From Giardia intestinalis (taxonomy: Eukaryota), in NCBI GenBank assembly GCA_000002435.2, contig CM018793.1: a stretch of DNA of 64,000 nucleotides. One strand, given 5' to 3'. Below, one piece after another: positions 19,101-31,100 of this stretch. How positions within the stretch are numbered: the stretch's first letter is position 1; each line of letters begins with the position of its first letter. The notes under the pieces were generated by a model. It was not told the DNA's origin. It saw nothing but the letters and a program-made list of their open reading frames with translations, and searched no databases. A program made the translations under genes and the position numbers.

Positions 19101-22100
19101 NNNNNNNNNNNNNNNNNNNNNNNNNNNNNNNNNNNNNNNNNNNNNNNNNNNNNNNNNNNNNNNNNNNNNNNNNNNNNNNNNNNNNNNNNNNNNNNNNNNN
19201 NNNNNNNNNNNNNNNNNNNNNNNNNNNNNNNNNNNNNNNNNNNNNNNNNNNNNNNNNNNNNNNNNNNNNNNNNNNNNNNNNNNNNNNNNNNNNNNNNNNN
19301 NNNNNNNNNNNNNNNNNNNNNNNNNNNNNNNNNNNNNNNNNNNNNNNNNNNNNNNNNNNNNNNNNNNNNNNNNNNNNNNNNNNNNNNNNNNNNNNNNNNN
19401 NNNNNNNNNNNNNNNNNNNNNNNNNNNNNNNNNNNNNNNNNNNNNNNNNNNNNNNNNNNNNNNNNNNNNNNNNNNNNNNNNNNNNNNNNNNNNNNNNNNN
19501 NNNNNNNNNNNNNNNNNNNNNNNNNNNNNNNNNNNNNNNNNNNNNNNNNNNNNNNNNNNNNNNNNNNNNNNNNNNNNNNNNNNNNNNNNNNNNNNNNNNN
19601 NNNNNNNNNNNNNNNNNNNNNNNNNNNNNNNNNNNNNNNNNNNNNNNNNNNNNNNNNNNNNNNNNNNNNNNNNNNNNNNNNNNNNNNNNNNNNNNNNNNN
19701 NNNNNNNNNNNNNNNNNNNNNNNNNNNNNNNNNNNNNNNNNNNNNNNNNNNNNNNNNNNNNNNNNNNNNNNNNNNNNNNNNNNNNNNNNNNNNNNNNNNN
19801 NNNNNNNNNNNNNNNNNNNNNNNNNNNNNNNNNNNNNNNNNNNNNNNNNNNNNNNNNNNNNNNNNNNNNNNNNNNNNNNNNNNNNNNNNNNNNNNNNNNN
19901 NNNNNNNNNNNNNNNNNNNNNNNNNNNNNNNNNNNNNNNNNNNNNNNNNNNNNNNNNNNNNNNNNNNNNNNNNNNNNNNNNNNNNNNNNNNNNNNNNNNN
20001 NNNNNNNNNNNNNNNNNNNNNNNNNNNNNNNNNNNNNNNNNNNNNNNNNNNNNNNNNNNNNNNNNNNNNNNNNNNNNNNNNNNNNNNNNNNNNNNNNNNN
20101 NNNNNNNNNNNNNNNNNNNNNNNNNNNNNNNNNNNNNNNNNNNNNNNNNNNNNNNNNNNNNNNNNNNNNNNNNNNNNNNNNNNNNNNNNNNNNNNNNNNN
20201 NNNNNNNNNNNNNNNNNNNNNNNNNNNNNNNNNNNNNNNNNNNNNNNNNNNNNNNNNNNNNNNNNNNNNNNNNNNNNNNNNNNNNNNNNNNNNNNNNNNN
20301 NNNNNNNNNNNNNNNNNNNNNNNNNNNNNNNNNNNNNNNNNNNNNNNNNNNNNNNNNNNNNNNNNNNNNNNNNNNNNNNNNNNNNNNNNNNNNNNNNNNN
20401 NNNNNNNNNNNNNNNNNNNNNNNNNNNNNNNNNNNNNNNNNNNNNNNNNNNNNNNNNNNNNNNNNNNNNNNNNNNNNNNNNNNNNNNNNNNNNNNNNNNN
20501 NNNNNNNNNNNNNNNNNNNNNNNNNNNNNNNNNNNNNNNNNNNNNNNNNNNNNNNNNNNNNNNNNNNNNNNNNNNNNNNNNNNNNNNNNNNNNNNNNNNN
20601 NNNNNNNNNNNNNNNNNNNNNNNNNNNNNNNNNNNNNNNNNNNNNNNNNNNNNNNNNNNNNNNNNNNNNNNNNNNNNNNNNNNNNNNNNNNNNNNNNNNN
20701 NNNNNNNNNNNNNNNNNNNNNNNNNNNNNNNNNNNNNNNNNNNNNNNNNNNNNNNNNNNNNNNNNNNNNNNNNNNNNNNNNNNNNNNNNNNNNNNNNNNN
20801 NNNNNNNNNNNNNNNNNNNNNNNNNNNNNNNNNNNNNNNNNNNNNNNNNNNNNNNNNNNNNNNNNNNNNNNNNNNNNNNNNNNNNNNNNNNNNNNNNNNN
20901 NNNNNNNNNNNNNNNNNNNNNNNNNNNNNNNNNNNNNNNNNNNNNNNNNNNNNNNNNNNNNNNNNNNNNNNNNNNNNNNNNNNNNNNNNNNNNNNNNNNN
21001 NNNNNNNNNNNNNNNNNNNNNNNNNNNNNNNNNNNNNNNNNNNNNNNNNNNNNNNNNNNNNNNNNNNNNNNNNNNNNNNNNNNNNNNNNNNNNNNNNNNN
21101 NNNNNNNNNNNNNNNNNNNNNNNNNNNNNNNNNNNNNNNNNNNNNNNNNNNNNNNNNNNNNNNNNNNNNNNNNNNNNNNNNNNNNNNNNNNNNNNNNNNN
21201 NNNNNNNNNNNNNNNNNNNNNNNNNNNNNNNNNNNNNNNNNNNNNNNNNNNNNNNNNNNNNNNNNNNNNNNNNNNNNNNNNNNNNNNNNNNNNNNNNNNN
21301 NNNNNNNNNNNNNNNNNNNNNNNNNNNNNNNNNNNNNNNNNNNNNNNNNNNNNNNNNNNNNNNNNNNNNNNNNNNNNNNNNNNNNNNNNNNNNNNNNNNN
21401 NNNNNNNNNNNNNNNNNNNNNNNNNNNNNNNNNNNNNNNNNNNNNNNNNNNNNNNNNNNNNNNNNNNNNNNNNNNNNNNNNNNNNNNNNNNNNNNNNNNN
21501 NNNNNNNNNNNNNNNNNNNNNNNNNNNNNNNNNNNNNNNNNNNNNNNNNNNNNNNNNNNNNNNNNNNNNNNNNNNNNNNNNNNNNNNNNNNNNNNNNNNN
21601 NNNNNNNNNNNNNNNNNNNNNNNNNNNNNNNNNNNNNNNNNNNNNNNNNNNNNNNNNNNNNNNNNNNNNNNNNNNNNNNNNNNNNNNNNNNNNNNNNNNN
21701 NNNNNNNNNNNNNNNNNNNNNNNNNNNNNNNNNNNNNNNNNNNNNNNNNNNNNNNNNNNNNNNNNNNNNNNNNNNNNNNNNNNNNNNNNNNNNNNNNNNN
21801 NNNNNNNNNNNNNNNNNNNNNNNNNNNNNNNNNNNNNNNNNNNNNNNNNNNNNNNNNNNNNNNNNNNNNNNNNNNNNNNNNNNNNNNNNNNNNNNNNNNN
21901 NNNNNNNNNNNNNNNNNNNNNNNNNNNNNNNNNNNNNNNNNNNNNNNNNNNNNNNNNNNNNNNNNNNNNNNNNNNNNNNNNNNNNNNNNNNNNNNNNNNN
22001 NNNNNNNNNNNNNNNNNNNNNNNNNNNNNNNNNNNNNNNNNNNNNNNNNNNNNNNNNNNNNNNNNNNNNNNNNNNNNNNNNNNNNNNNNNNNNNNNNNNN

Positions 22101-25100
22101 NNNNNNNNNNNNNNNNNNNNNNNNNNNNNNNNNNNNNNNNNNNNNNNNNNNNNNNNNNNNNNNNNNNNNNNNNNNNNNNNNNNNNNNNNNNNNNNNNNNN
22201 NNNNNNNNNNNNNNNNNNNNNNNNNNNNNNNNNNNNNNNNNNNNNNNNNNNNNNNNNNNNNNNNNNNNNNNNNNNNNNNNNNNNNNNNNNNNNNNNNNNN
22301 NNNNNNNNNNNNNNNNNNNNNNNNNNNNNNNNNNNNNNNNNNNNNNNNNNNNNNNNNNNNNNNNNNNNNNNNNNNNNNNNNNNNNNNNNNNNNNNNNNNN
22401 NNNNNNNNNNNNNNNNNNNNNNNNNNNNNNNNNNNNNNNNNNNNNNNNNNNNNNNNNNNNNNNNNNNNNNNNNNNNNNNNNNNNNNNNNNNNNNNNNNNN
22501 NNNNNNNNNNNNNNNNNNNNNNNNNNNNNNNNNNNNNNNNNNNNNNNNNNNNNNNNNNNNNNNNNNNNNNNNNNNNNNNNNNNNNNNNNNNNNNNNNNNN
22601 NNNNNNNNNNNNNNNNNNNNNNNNNNNNNNNNNNNNNNNNNNNNNNNNNNNNNNNNNNNNNNNNNNNNNNNNNNNNNNNNNNNNNNNNNNNNNNNNNNNN
22701 NNNNNNNNNNNNNNNNNNNNNNNNNNNNNNNNNNNNNNNNNNNNNNNNNNNNNNNNNNNNNNNNNNNNNNNNNNNNNNNNNNNNNNNNNNNNNNNNNNNN
22801 NNNNNNNNNNNNNNNNNNNNNNNNNNNNNNNNNNNNNNNNNNNNNNNNNNNNNNNNNNNNNNNNNNNNNNNNNNNNNNNNNNNNNNNNNNNNNNNNNNNN
22901 NNNNNNNNNNNNNNNNNNNNNNNNNNNNNNNNNNNNNNNNNNNNNNNNNNNNNNNNNNNNNNNNNNNNNNNNNNNNNNNNNNNNNNNNNNNNNNNNNNNN
23001 NNNNNNNNNNNNNNNNNNNNNNNNNNNNNNNNNNNNNNNNNNNNNNNNNNNNNNNNNNNNNNNNNNNNNNNNNNNNNNNNNNNNNNNNNNNNNNNNNNNN
23101 NNNNNNNNNNNNNNNNNNNNNNNNNNNNNNNNNNNNNNNNNNNNNNNNNNNNNNNNNNNNNNNNNNNNNNNNNNNNNNNNNNNNNNNNNNNNNNNNNNNN
23201 NNNNNNNNNNNNNNNNNNNNNNNNNNNNNNNNNNNNNNNNNNNNNNNNNNNNNNNNNNNNNNNNNNNNNNNNNNNNNNNNNNNNNNNNNNNNNNNNNNNN
23301 NNNNNNNNNNNNNNNNNNNNNNNNNNNNNNNNNNNNNNNNNNNNNNNNNNNNNNNNNNNNNNNNNNNNNNNNNNNNNNNNNNNNNNNNNNNNNNNNNNNN
23401 NNNNNNNNNNNNNNNNNNNNNNNNNNNNNNNNNNNNNNNNNNNNNNNNNNNNNNNNNNNNNNNNNNNNNNNNNNNNNNNNNNNNNNNNNNNNNNNNNNNN
23501 NNNNNNNNNNNNNNNNNNNNNNNNNNNNNNNNNNNNNNNNNNNNNNNNNNNNNNNNNNNNNNNNNNNNNNNNNNNNNNNNNNNNNNNNNNNNNNNNNNNN
23601 NNNNNNNNNNNNNNNNNNNNNNNNNNNNNNNNNNNNNNNNNNNNNNNNNNNNNNNNNNNNNNNNNNNNNNNNNNNNNNNNNNNNNNNNNNNNNNNNNNNN
23701 NNNNNNNNNNNNNNNNNNNNNNNNNNNNNNNNNNNNNNNNNNNNNNNNNNNNNNNNNNNNNNNNNNNNNNNNNNNNNNNNNNNNNNNNNNNNNNNNNNNN
23801 NNNNNNNNNNNNNNNNNNNNNNNNNNNNNNNNNNNNNNNNNNNNNNNNNNNNNNNNNNNNNNNNNNNNNNNNNNNNNNNNNNNNNNNNNNNNNNNNNNNN
23901 NNNNNNNNNNNNNNNNNNNNNNNNNNNNNNNNNNNNNNNNNNNNNNNNNNNNNNNNNNNNNNNNNNNNNNNNNNNNNNNNNNNNNNNNNNNNNNNNNNNN
24001 NNNNNNNNNNNNNNNNNNNNNNNNNNNNNNNNNNNNNNNNNNNNNNNNNNNNNNNNNNNNNNNNNNNNNNNNNNNNNNNNNNNNNNNNNNNNNNNNNNNN
24101 NNNNNNNNNNNNNNNNNNNNNNNNNNNNNNNNNNNNNNNNNNNNNNNNNNNNNNNNNNNNNNNNNNNNNNNNNNNNNNNNNNNNNNNNNNNNNNNNNNNN
24201 NNNNNNNNNNNNNNNNNNNNNNNNNNNNNNNNNNNNNNNNNNNNNNNNNNNNNNNNNNNNNNNNNNNNNNNNNNNNNNNNNNNNNNNNNNNNNNNNNNNN
24301 NNNNNNNNNNNNNNNNNNNNNNNNNNNNNNNNNNNNNNNNNNNNNNNNNNNNNNNNNNNNNNNNNNNNNNNNNNNNNNNNNNNNNNNNNNNNNNNNNNNN
24401 NNNNNNNNNNNNNNNNNNNNNNNNNNNNNNNNNNNNNNNNNNNNNNNNNNNNNNNNNNNNNNNNNNNNNNNNNNNNNNNNNNNNNNNNNNNNNNNNNNNN
24501 NNNNNNNNNNNNNNNNNNNNNNNNNNNNNNNNNNNNNNNNNNNNNNNNNNNNNNNNNNNNNNNNNNNNNNNNNNNNNNNNNNNNNNNNNNNNNNNNNNNN
24601 NNNNNNNNNNNNNNNNNNNNNNNNNNNNNNNNNNNNNNNNNNNNNNNNNNNNNNNNNNNNNNNNNNNNNNNNNNNNNNNNNNNNNNNNNNNNNNNNNNNN
24701 NNNNNNNNNNNNNNNNNNNNNNNNNNNNNNNNNNNNNNNNNNNNNNNNNNNNNNNNNNNNNNNNNNNNNNNNNNNNNNNNNNNNNNNNNNNNNNNNNNNN
24801 NNNNNNNNNNNNNNNNNNNNNNNNNNNNNNNNNNNNNNNNNNNNNNNNNNNNNNNNNNNNNNNNNNNNNNNNNNNNNNNNNNNNNNNNNNNNNNNNNNNN
24901 NNNNNNNNNNNNNNNNNNNNNNNNNNNNNNNNNNNNNNNNNNNNNNNNNNNNNNNNNNNNNNNNNNNNNNNNNNNNNNNNNNNNNNNNNNNNNNNNNNNN
25001 NNNNNNNNNNNNNNNNNNNNNNNNNNNNNNNNNNNNNNNNNNNNNNNNNNNNNNNNNNNNNNNNNNNNNNNNNNNNNNNNNNNNNNNNNNNNNNNNNNNN

Positions 25101-28100
25101 NNNNNNNNNNNNNNNNNNNNNNNNNNNNNNNNNNNNNNNNNNNNNNNNNNNNNNNNNNNNNNNNNNNNNNNNNNNNNNNNNNNNNNNNNNNNNNNNNNNN
25201 NNNNNNNNNNNNNNNNNNNNNNNNNNNNNNNNNNNNNNNNNNNNNNNNNNNNNNNNNNNNNNNNNNNNNNNNNNNNNNNNNNNNNNNNNNNNNNNNNNNN
25301 NNNNNNNNNNNNNNNNNNNNNNNNNNNNNNNNNNNNNNNNNNNNNNNNNNNNNNNNNNNNNNNNNNNNNNNNNNNNNNNNNNNNNNNNNNNNNNNNNNNN
25401 NNNNNNNNNNNNNNNNNNNNNNNNNNNNNNNNNNNNNNNNNNNNNNNNNNNNNNNNNNNNNNNNNNNNNNNNNNNNNNNNNNNNNNNNNNNNNNNNNNNN
25501 NNNNNNNNNNNNNNNNNNNNNNNNNNNNNNNNNNNNNNNNNNNNNNNNNNNNNNNNNNNNNNNNNNNNNNNNNNNNNNNNNNNNNNNNNNNNNNNNNNNN
25601 NNNNNNNNNNNNNNNNNNNNNNNNNNNNNNNNNNNNNNNNNNNNNNNNNNNNNNNNNNNNNNNNNNNNNNNNNNNNNNNNNNNNNNNNNNNNNNNNNNNN
25701 NNNNNNNNNNNNNNNNNNNNNNNNNNNNNNNNNNNNNNNNNNNNNNNNNNNNNNNNNNNNNNNNNNNNNNNNNNNNNNNNNNNNNNNNNNNNNNNNNNNN
25801 NNNNNNNNNNNNNNNNNNNNNNNNNNNNNNNNNNNNNNNNNNNNNNNNNNNNNNNNNNNNNNNNNNNNNNNNNNNNNNNNNNNNNNNNNNNNNNNNNNNN
25901 NNNNNNNNNNNNNNNNNNNNNNNNNNNNNNNNNNNNNNNNNNNNNNNNNNNNNNNNNNNNNNNNNNNNNNNNNNNNNNNNNNNNNNNNNNNNNNNNNNNN
26001 NNNNNNNNNNNNNNNNNNNNNNNNNNNNNNNNNNNNNNNNNNNNNNNNNNNNNNNNNNNNNNNNNNNNNNNNNNNNNNNNNNNNNNNNNNNNNNNNNNNN
26101 NNNNNNNNNNNNNNNNNNNNNNNNNNNNNNNNNNNNNNNNNNNNNNNNNNNNNNNNNNNNNNNNNNNNNNNNNNNNNNNNNNNNNNNNNNNNNNNNNNNN
26201 NNNNNNNNNNNNNNNNNNNNNNNNNNNNNNNNNNNNNNNNNNNNNNNNNNNNNNNNNNNNNNNNNNNNNNNNNNNNNNNNNNNNNNNNNNNNNNNNNNNN
26301 NNNNNNNNNNNNNNNNNNNNNNNNNNNNNNNNNNNNNNNNNNNNNNNNNNNNNNNNNNNNNNNNNNNNNNNNNNNNNNNNNNNNNNNNNNNNNNNNNNNN
26401 NNNNNNNNNNNNNNNNNNNNNNNNNNNNNNNNNNNNNNNNNNNNNNNNNNNNNNNNNNNNNNNNNNNNNNNNNNNNNNNNNNNNNNNNNNNNNNNNNNNN
26501 NNNNNNNNNNNNNNNNNNNNNNNNNNNNNNNNNNNNNNNNNNNNNNNNNNNNNNNNNNNNNNNNNNNNNNNNNNNNNNNNNNNNNNNNNNNNNNNNNNNN
26601 NNNNNNNNNNNNNNNNNNNNNNNNNNNNNNNNNNNNNNNNNNNNNNNNNNNNNNNNNNNNNNNNNNNNNNNNNNNNNNNNNNNNNNNNNNNNNNNNNNNN
26701 NNNNNNNNNNNNNNNNNNNNNNNNNNNNNNNNNNNNNNNNNNNNNNNNNNNNNNNNNNNNNNNNNNNNNNNNNNNNNNNNNNNNNNNNNNNNNNNNNNNN
26801 NNNNNNNNNNNNNNNNNNNNNNNNNNNNNNNNNNNNNNNNNNNNNNNNNNNNNNNNNNNNNNNNNNNNNNNNNNNNNNNNNNNNNNNNNNNNNNNNNNNN
26901 NNNNNNNNNNNNNNNNNNNNNNNNNNNNNNNNNNNNNNNNNNNNNNNNNNNNNNNNNNNNNNNNNNNNNNNNNNNNNNNNNNNNNNNNNNNNNNNNNNNN
27001 NNNNNNNNNNNNNNNNNNNNNNNNNNNNNNNNNNNNNNNNNNNNNNNNNNNNNNNNNNNNNNNNNNNNNNNNNNNNNNNNNNNNNNNNNNNNNNNNNNNN
27101 NNNNNNNNNNNNNNNNNNNNNNNNNNNNNNNNNNNNNNNNNNNNNNNNNNNNNNNNNNNNNNNNNNNNNNNNNNNNNNNNNNNNNNNNNNNNNNNNNNNN
27201 NNNNNNNNNNNNNNNNNNNNNNNNNNNNNNNNNNNNNNNNNNNNNNNNNNNNNNNNNNNNNNNNNNNNNNNNNNNNNNNNNNNNNNNNNNNNNNNNNNNN
27301 NNNNNNNNNNNNNNNNNNNNNNNNNNNNNNNNNNNNNNNNNNNNNNNNNNNNNNNNNNNNNNNNNNNNNNNNNNNNNNNNNNNNNNNNNNNNNNNNNNNN
27401 NNNNNNNNNNNNNNNNNNNNNNNNNNNNNNNNNNNNNNNNNNNNNNNNNNNNNNNNNNNNNNNNNNNNNNNNNNNNNNNNNNNNNNNNNNNNNNNNNNNN
27501 NNNNNNNNNNNNNNNNNNNNNNNNNNNNNNNNNNNNNNNNNNNNNNNNNNNNNNNNNNNNNNNNNNNNNNNNNNNNNNNNNNNNNNNNNNNNNNNNNNNN
27601 NNNNNNNNNNNNNNNNNNNNNNNNNNNNNNNNNNNNNNNNNNNNNNNNNNNNNNNNNNNNNNNNNNNNNNNNNNNNNNNNNNNNNNNNNNNNNNNNNNNN
27701 NNNNNNNNNNNNNNNNNNNNNNNNNNNNNNNNNNNNNNNNNNNNNNNNNNNNNNNNNNNNNNNNNNNNNNNNNNNNNNNNNNNNNNNNNNNNNNNNNNNN
27801 NNNNNNNNNNNNNNNNNNNNNNNNNNNNNNNNNNNNNNNNNNNNNNNNNNNNNNNNNNNNNNNNNNNNNNNNNNNNNNNNNNNNNNNNNNNNNNNNNNNN
27901 NNNNNNNNNNNNNNNNNNNNNNNNNNNNNNNNNNNNNNNNNNNNNNNNNNNNNNNNNNNNNNNNNNNNNNNNNNNNNNNNNNNNNNNNNNNNNNNNNNNN
28001 NNNNNNNNNNNNNNNNNNNNNNNNNNNNNNNNNNNNNNNNNNNNNNNNNNNNNNNNNNNNNNNNNNNNNNNNNNNNNNNNNNNNNNNNNNNNNNNNNNNN

Positions 28101-31100
28101 NNNNNNNNNNNNNNNNNNNNNNNNNNNNNNNNNNNNNNNNNNNNNNNNNNNNNNNNNNNNNNNNNNNNNNNNNNNNNNNNNNNNNNNNNNNNNNNNNNNN
28201 NNNNNNNNNNNNNNNNNNNNNNNNNNNNNNNNNNNNNNNNNNNNNNNNNNNNNNNNNNNNNNNNNNNNNNNNNNNNNNNNNNNNNNNNNNNNNNNNNNNN
28301 NNNNNNNNNNNNNNNNNNNNNNNNNNNNNNNNNNNNNNNNNNNNNNNNNNNNNNNNNNNNNNNNNNNNNNNNNNNNNNNNNNNNNNNNNNNNNNNNNNNN
28401 NNNNNNNNNNNNNNNNNNNNNNNNNNNNNNNNNNNNNNNNNNNNNNNNNNNNNNNNNNNNNNNNNNNNNNNNNNNNNNNNNNNNNNNNNNNNNNNNNNNN
28501 NNNNNNNNNNNNNNNNNNNNNNNNNNNNNNNNNNNNNNNNNNNNNNNNNNNNNNNNNNNNNNNNNNNNNNNNNNNNNNNNNNNNNNNNNNNNNNNNNNNN
28601 NNNNNNNNNNNNNNNNNNNNNNNNNNNNNNNNNNNNNNNNNNNNNNNNNNNNNNNNNNNNNNNNNNNNNNNNNNNNNNNNNNNNNNNNNNNNNNNNNNNN
28701 NNNNNNNNNNNNNNNNNNNNNNNNNNNNNNNNNNNNNNNNNNNNNNNNNNNNNNNNNNNNNNNNNNNNNNNNNNNNNNNNNNNNNNNNNNNNNNNNNNNN
28801 NNNNNNNNNNNNNNNNNNNNNNNNNNNNNNNNNNNNNNNNNNNNNNNNNNNNNNNNNNNNNNNNNNNNNNNNNNNNNNNNNNNNNNNNNNNNNNNNNNNN
28901 NNNNNNNNNNNNNNNNNNNNNNNNNNNNNNNNNNNNNNNNNNNNNNNNNNNNNNNNNNNNNNNNNNNNNNNNNNNNNNNNNNNNNNNNNNNNNNNNNNNN
29001 NNNNNNNNNNNNNNNNNNNNNNNNNNNNNNNNNNNNNNNNNNNNNNNNNNNNNNNNNNNNNNNNNNNNNNNNNNNNNNNNNNNNNNNNNNNNNNNNNNNN
29101 NNNNNNNNNNNNNNNNNNNNNNNNNNNNNNNNNNNNNNNNNNNNNNNNNNNNNNNNNNNNNNNNNNNNNNNNNNNNNNNNNNNNNNNNNNNNNNNNNNNN
29201 NNNNNNNNNNNNNNNNNNNNNNNNNNNNNNNNNNNNNNNNNNNNNNNNNNNNNNNNNNNNNNNNNNNNNNNNNNNNNNNNNNNNNNNNNNNNNNNNNNNN
29301 NNNNNNNNNNNNNNNNNNNNNNNNNNNNNNNNNNNNNNNNNNNNNNNNNNNNNNNNNNNNNNNNNNNNNNNNNNNNNNNNNNNNNNNNNNNNNNNNNNNN
29401 NNNNNNNNNNNNNNNNNNNNNNNNNNNNNNNNNNNNNNNNNNNNNNNNNNNNNNNNNNNNNNNNNNNNNNNNNNNNNNNNNNNNNNNNNNNNNNNNNNNN
29501 NNNNNNNNNNNNNNNNNNNNNNNNNNNNNNNNNNNNNNNNNNNNNNNNNNNNNNNNNNNNNNNNNNNNNNNNNNNNNNNNNNNNNNNNNNNNNNNNNNNN
29601 NNNNNNNNNNNNNNNNNNNNNNNNNNNNNNNNNNNNNNNNNNNNNNNNNNNNNNNNNNNNNNNNNNNNNNNNNNNNNNNNNNNNNNNNNNNNNNNNNNNN
29701 NNNNNNNNNNNNNNNNNNNNNNNNNNNNNNNNNNNNNNNNNNNNNNNNNNNNNNNNNNNNNNNNNNNNNNNNNNNNNNNNNNNNNNNNNNNNNNNNNNNN
29801 NNNNNNNNNNNNNNNNNNNNNNNNNNNNNNNNNNNNNNNNNNNNNNNNNNNNNNNNNNNNNNNNNNNNNNNNNNNNNNNNNNNNNNNNNNNNNNNNNNNN
29901 NNNNNNNNNNNNNNNNNNNNNNNNNNNNNNNNNNNNNNNNNNNNNNNNNNNNNNNNNNNNNNNNNNNNNNNNNNNNNNNNNNNNNNNNNNNNNNNNNNNN
30001 NNNNNNNNNNNNNNNNNNNNNNNNNNNNNNNNNNNNNNNNNNNNNNNNNNNNNNNNNNNNNNNNNNNNNNNNNNNNNNNNNNNNNNNNNNNNNNNNNNNN
30101 NNNNNNNNNNNNNNNNNNNNNNNNNNNNNNNNNNNNNNNNNNNNNNNNNNNNNNNNNNNNNNNNNNNNNNNNNNNNNNNNNNNNNNNNNNNNNNNNNNNN
30201 NNNNNNNNNNNNNNNNNNNNNNNNNNNNNNNNNNNNNNNNNNNNNNNNNNNNNNNNNNNNNNNNNNNNNNNNNNNNNNNNNNNNNNNNNNNNNNNNNNNN
30301 NNNNNNNNNNNNNNNNNNNNNNNNNNNNNNNNNNNNNNNNNNNNNNNNNNNNNNNNNNNNNNNNNNNNNNNNNNNNNNNNNNNNNNNNNNNNNNNNNNNN
30401 NNNNNNNNNNNNNNNNNNNNNNNNNNNNNNNNNNNNNNNNNNNNNNNNNNNNNNNNNNNNNNNNNNNNNNNNNNNNNNNNNNNNNNNNNNNNNNNNNNNN
30501 NNNNNNNNNNNNNNNNNNNNNNNNNNNNNNNNNNNNNNNNNNNNNNNNNNNNNNNNNNNNNNNNNNNNNNNNNNNNNNNNNNNNNNNNNNNNNNNNNNNN
30601 NNNNNNNNNNNNNNNNNNNNNNNNNNNNNNNNNNNNNNNNNNNNNNNNNNNNNNNNNNNNNNNNNNNNNNNNNNNNNNNNNNNNNNNNNNNNNNNNNNNN
30701 NNNNNNNNNNNNNNNNNNNNNNNNNNNNNNNNNNNNNNNNNNNNNNNNNNNNNNNNNNNNNNNNNNNNNNNNNNNNNNNNNNNNNNNNNNNNNNNNNNNN
30801 NNNNNNNNNNNNNNNNNNNNNNNNNNNNNNNNNNNNNNNNNNNNNNNNNNNNNNNNNNNNNNNNNNNNNNNNNNNNNNNNNNNNNNNNNNNNNNNNNNNN
30901 NNNNNNNNNNNNNNNNNNNNNNNNNNNNNNNNNNNNNNNNNNNNNNNNNNNNNNNNNNNNNNNNNNNNNNNNNNNNNNNNNNNNNNNNNNNNNNNNNNNN
31001 NNNNNNNNNNNNNNNNNNNNNNNNNNNNNNNNNNNNNNNNNNNNNNNNNNNNNNNNNNNNNNNNNNNNNNNNNNNNNNNNNNNNNNNNNNNNNNNNNNNN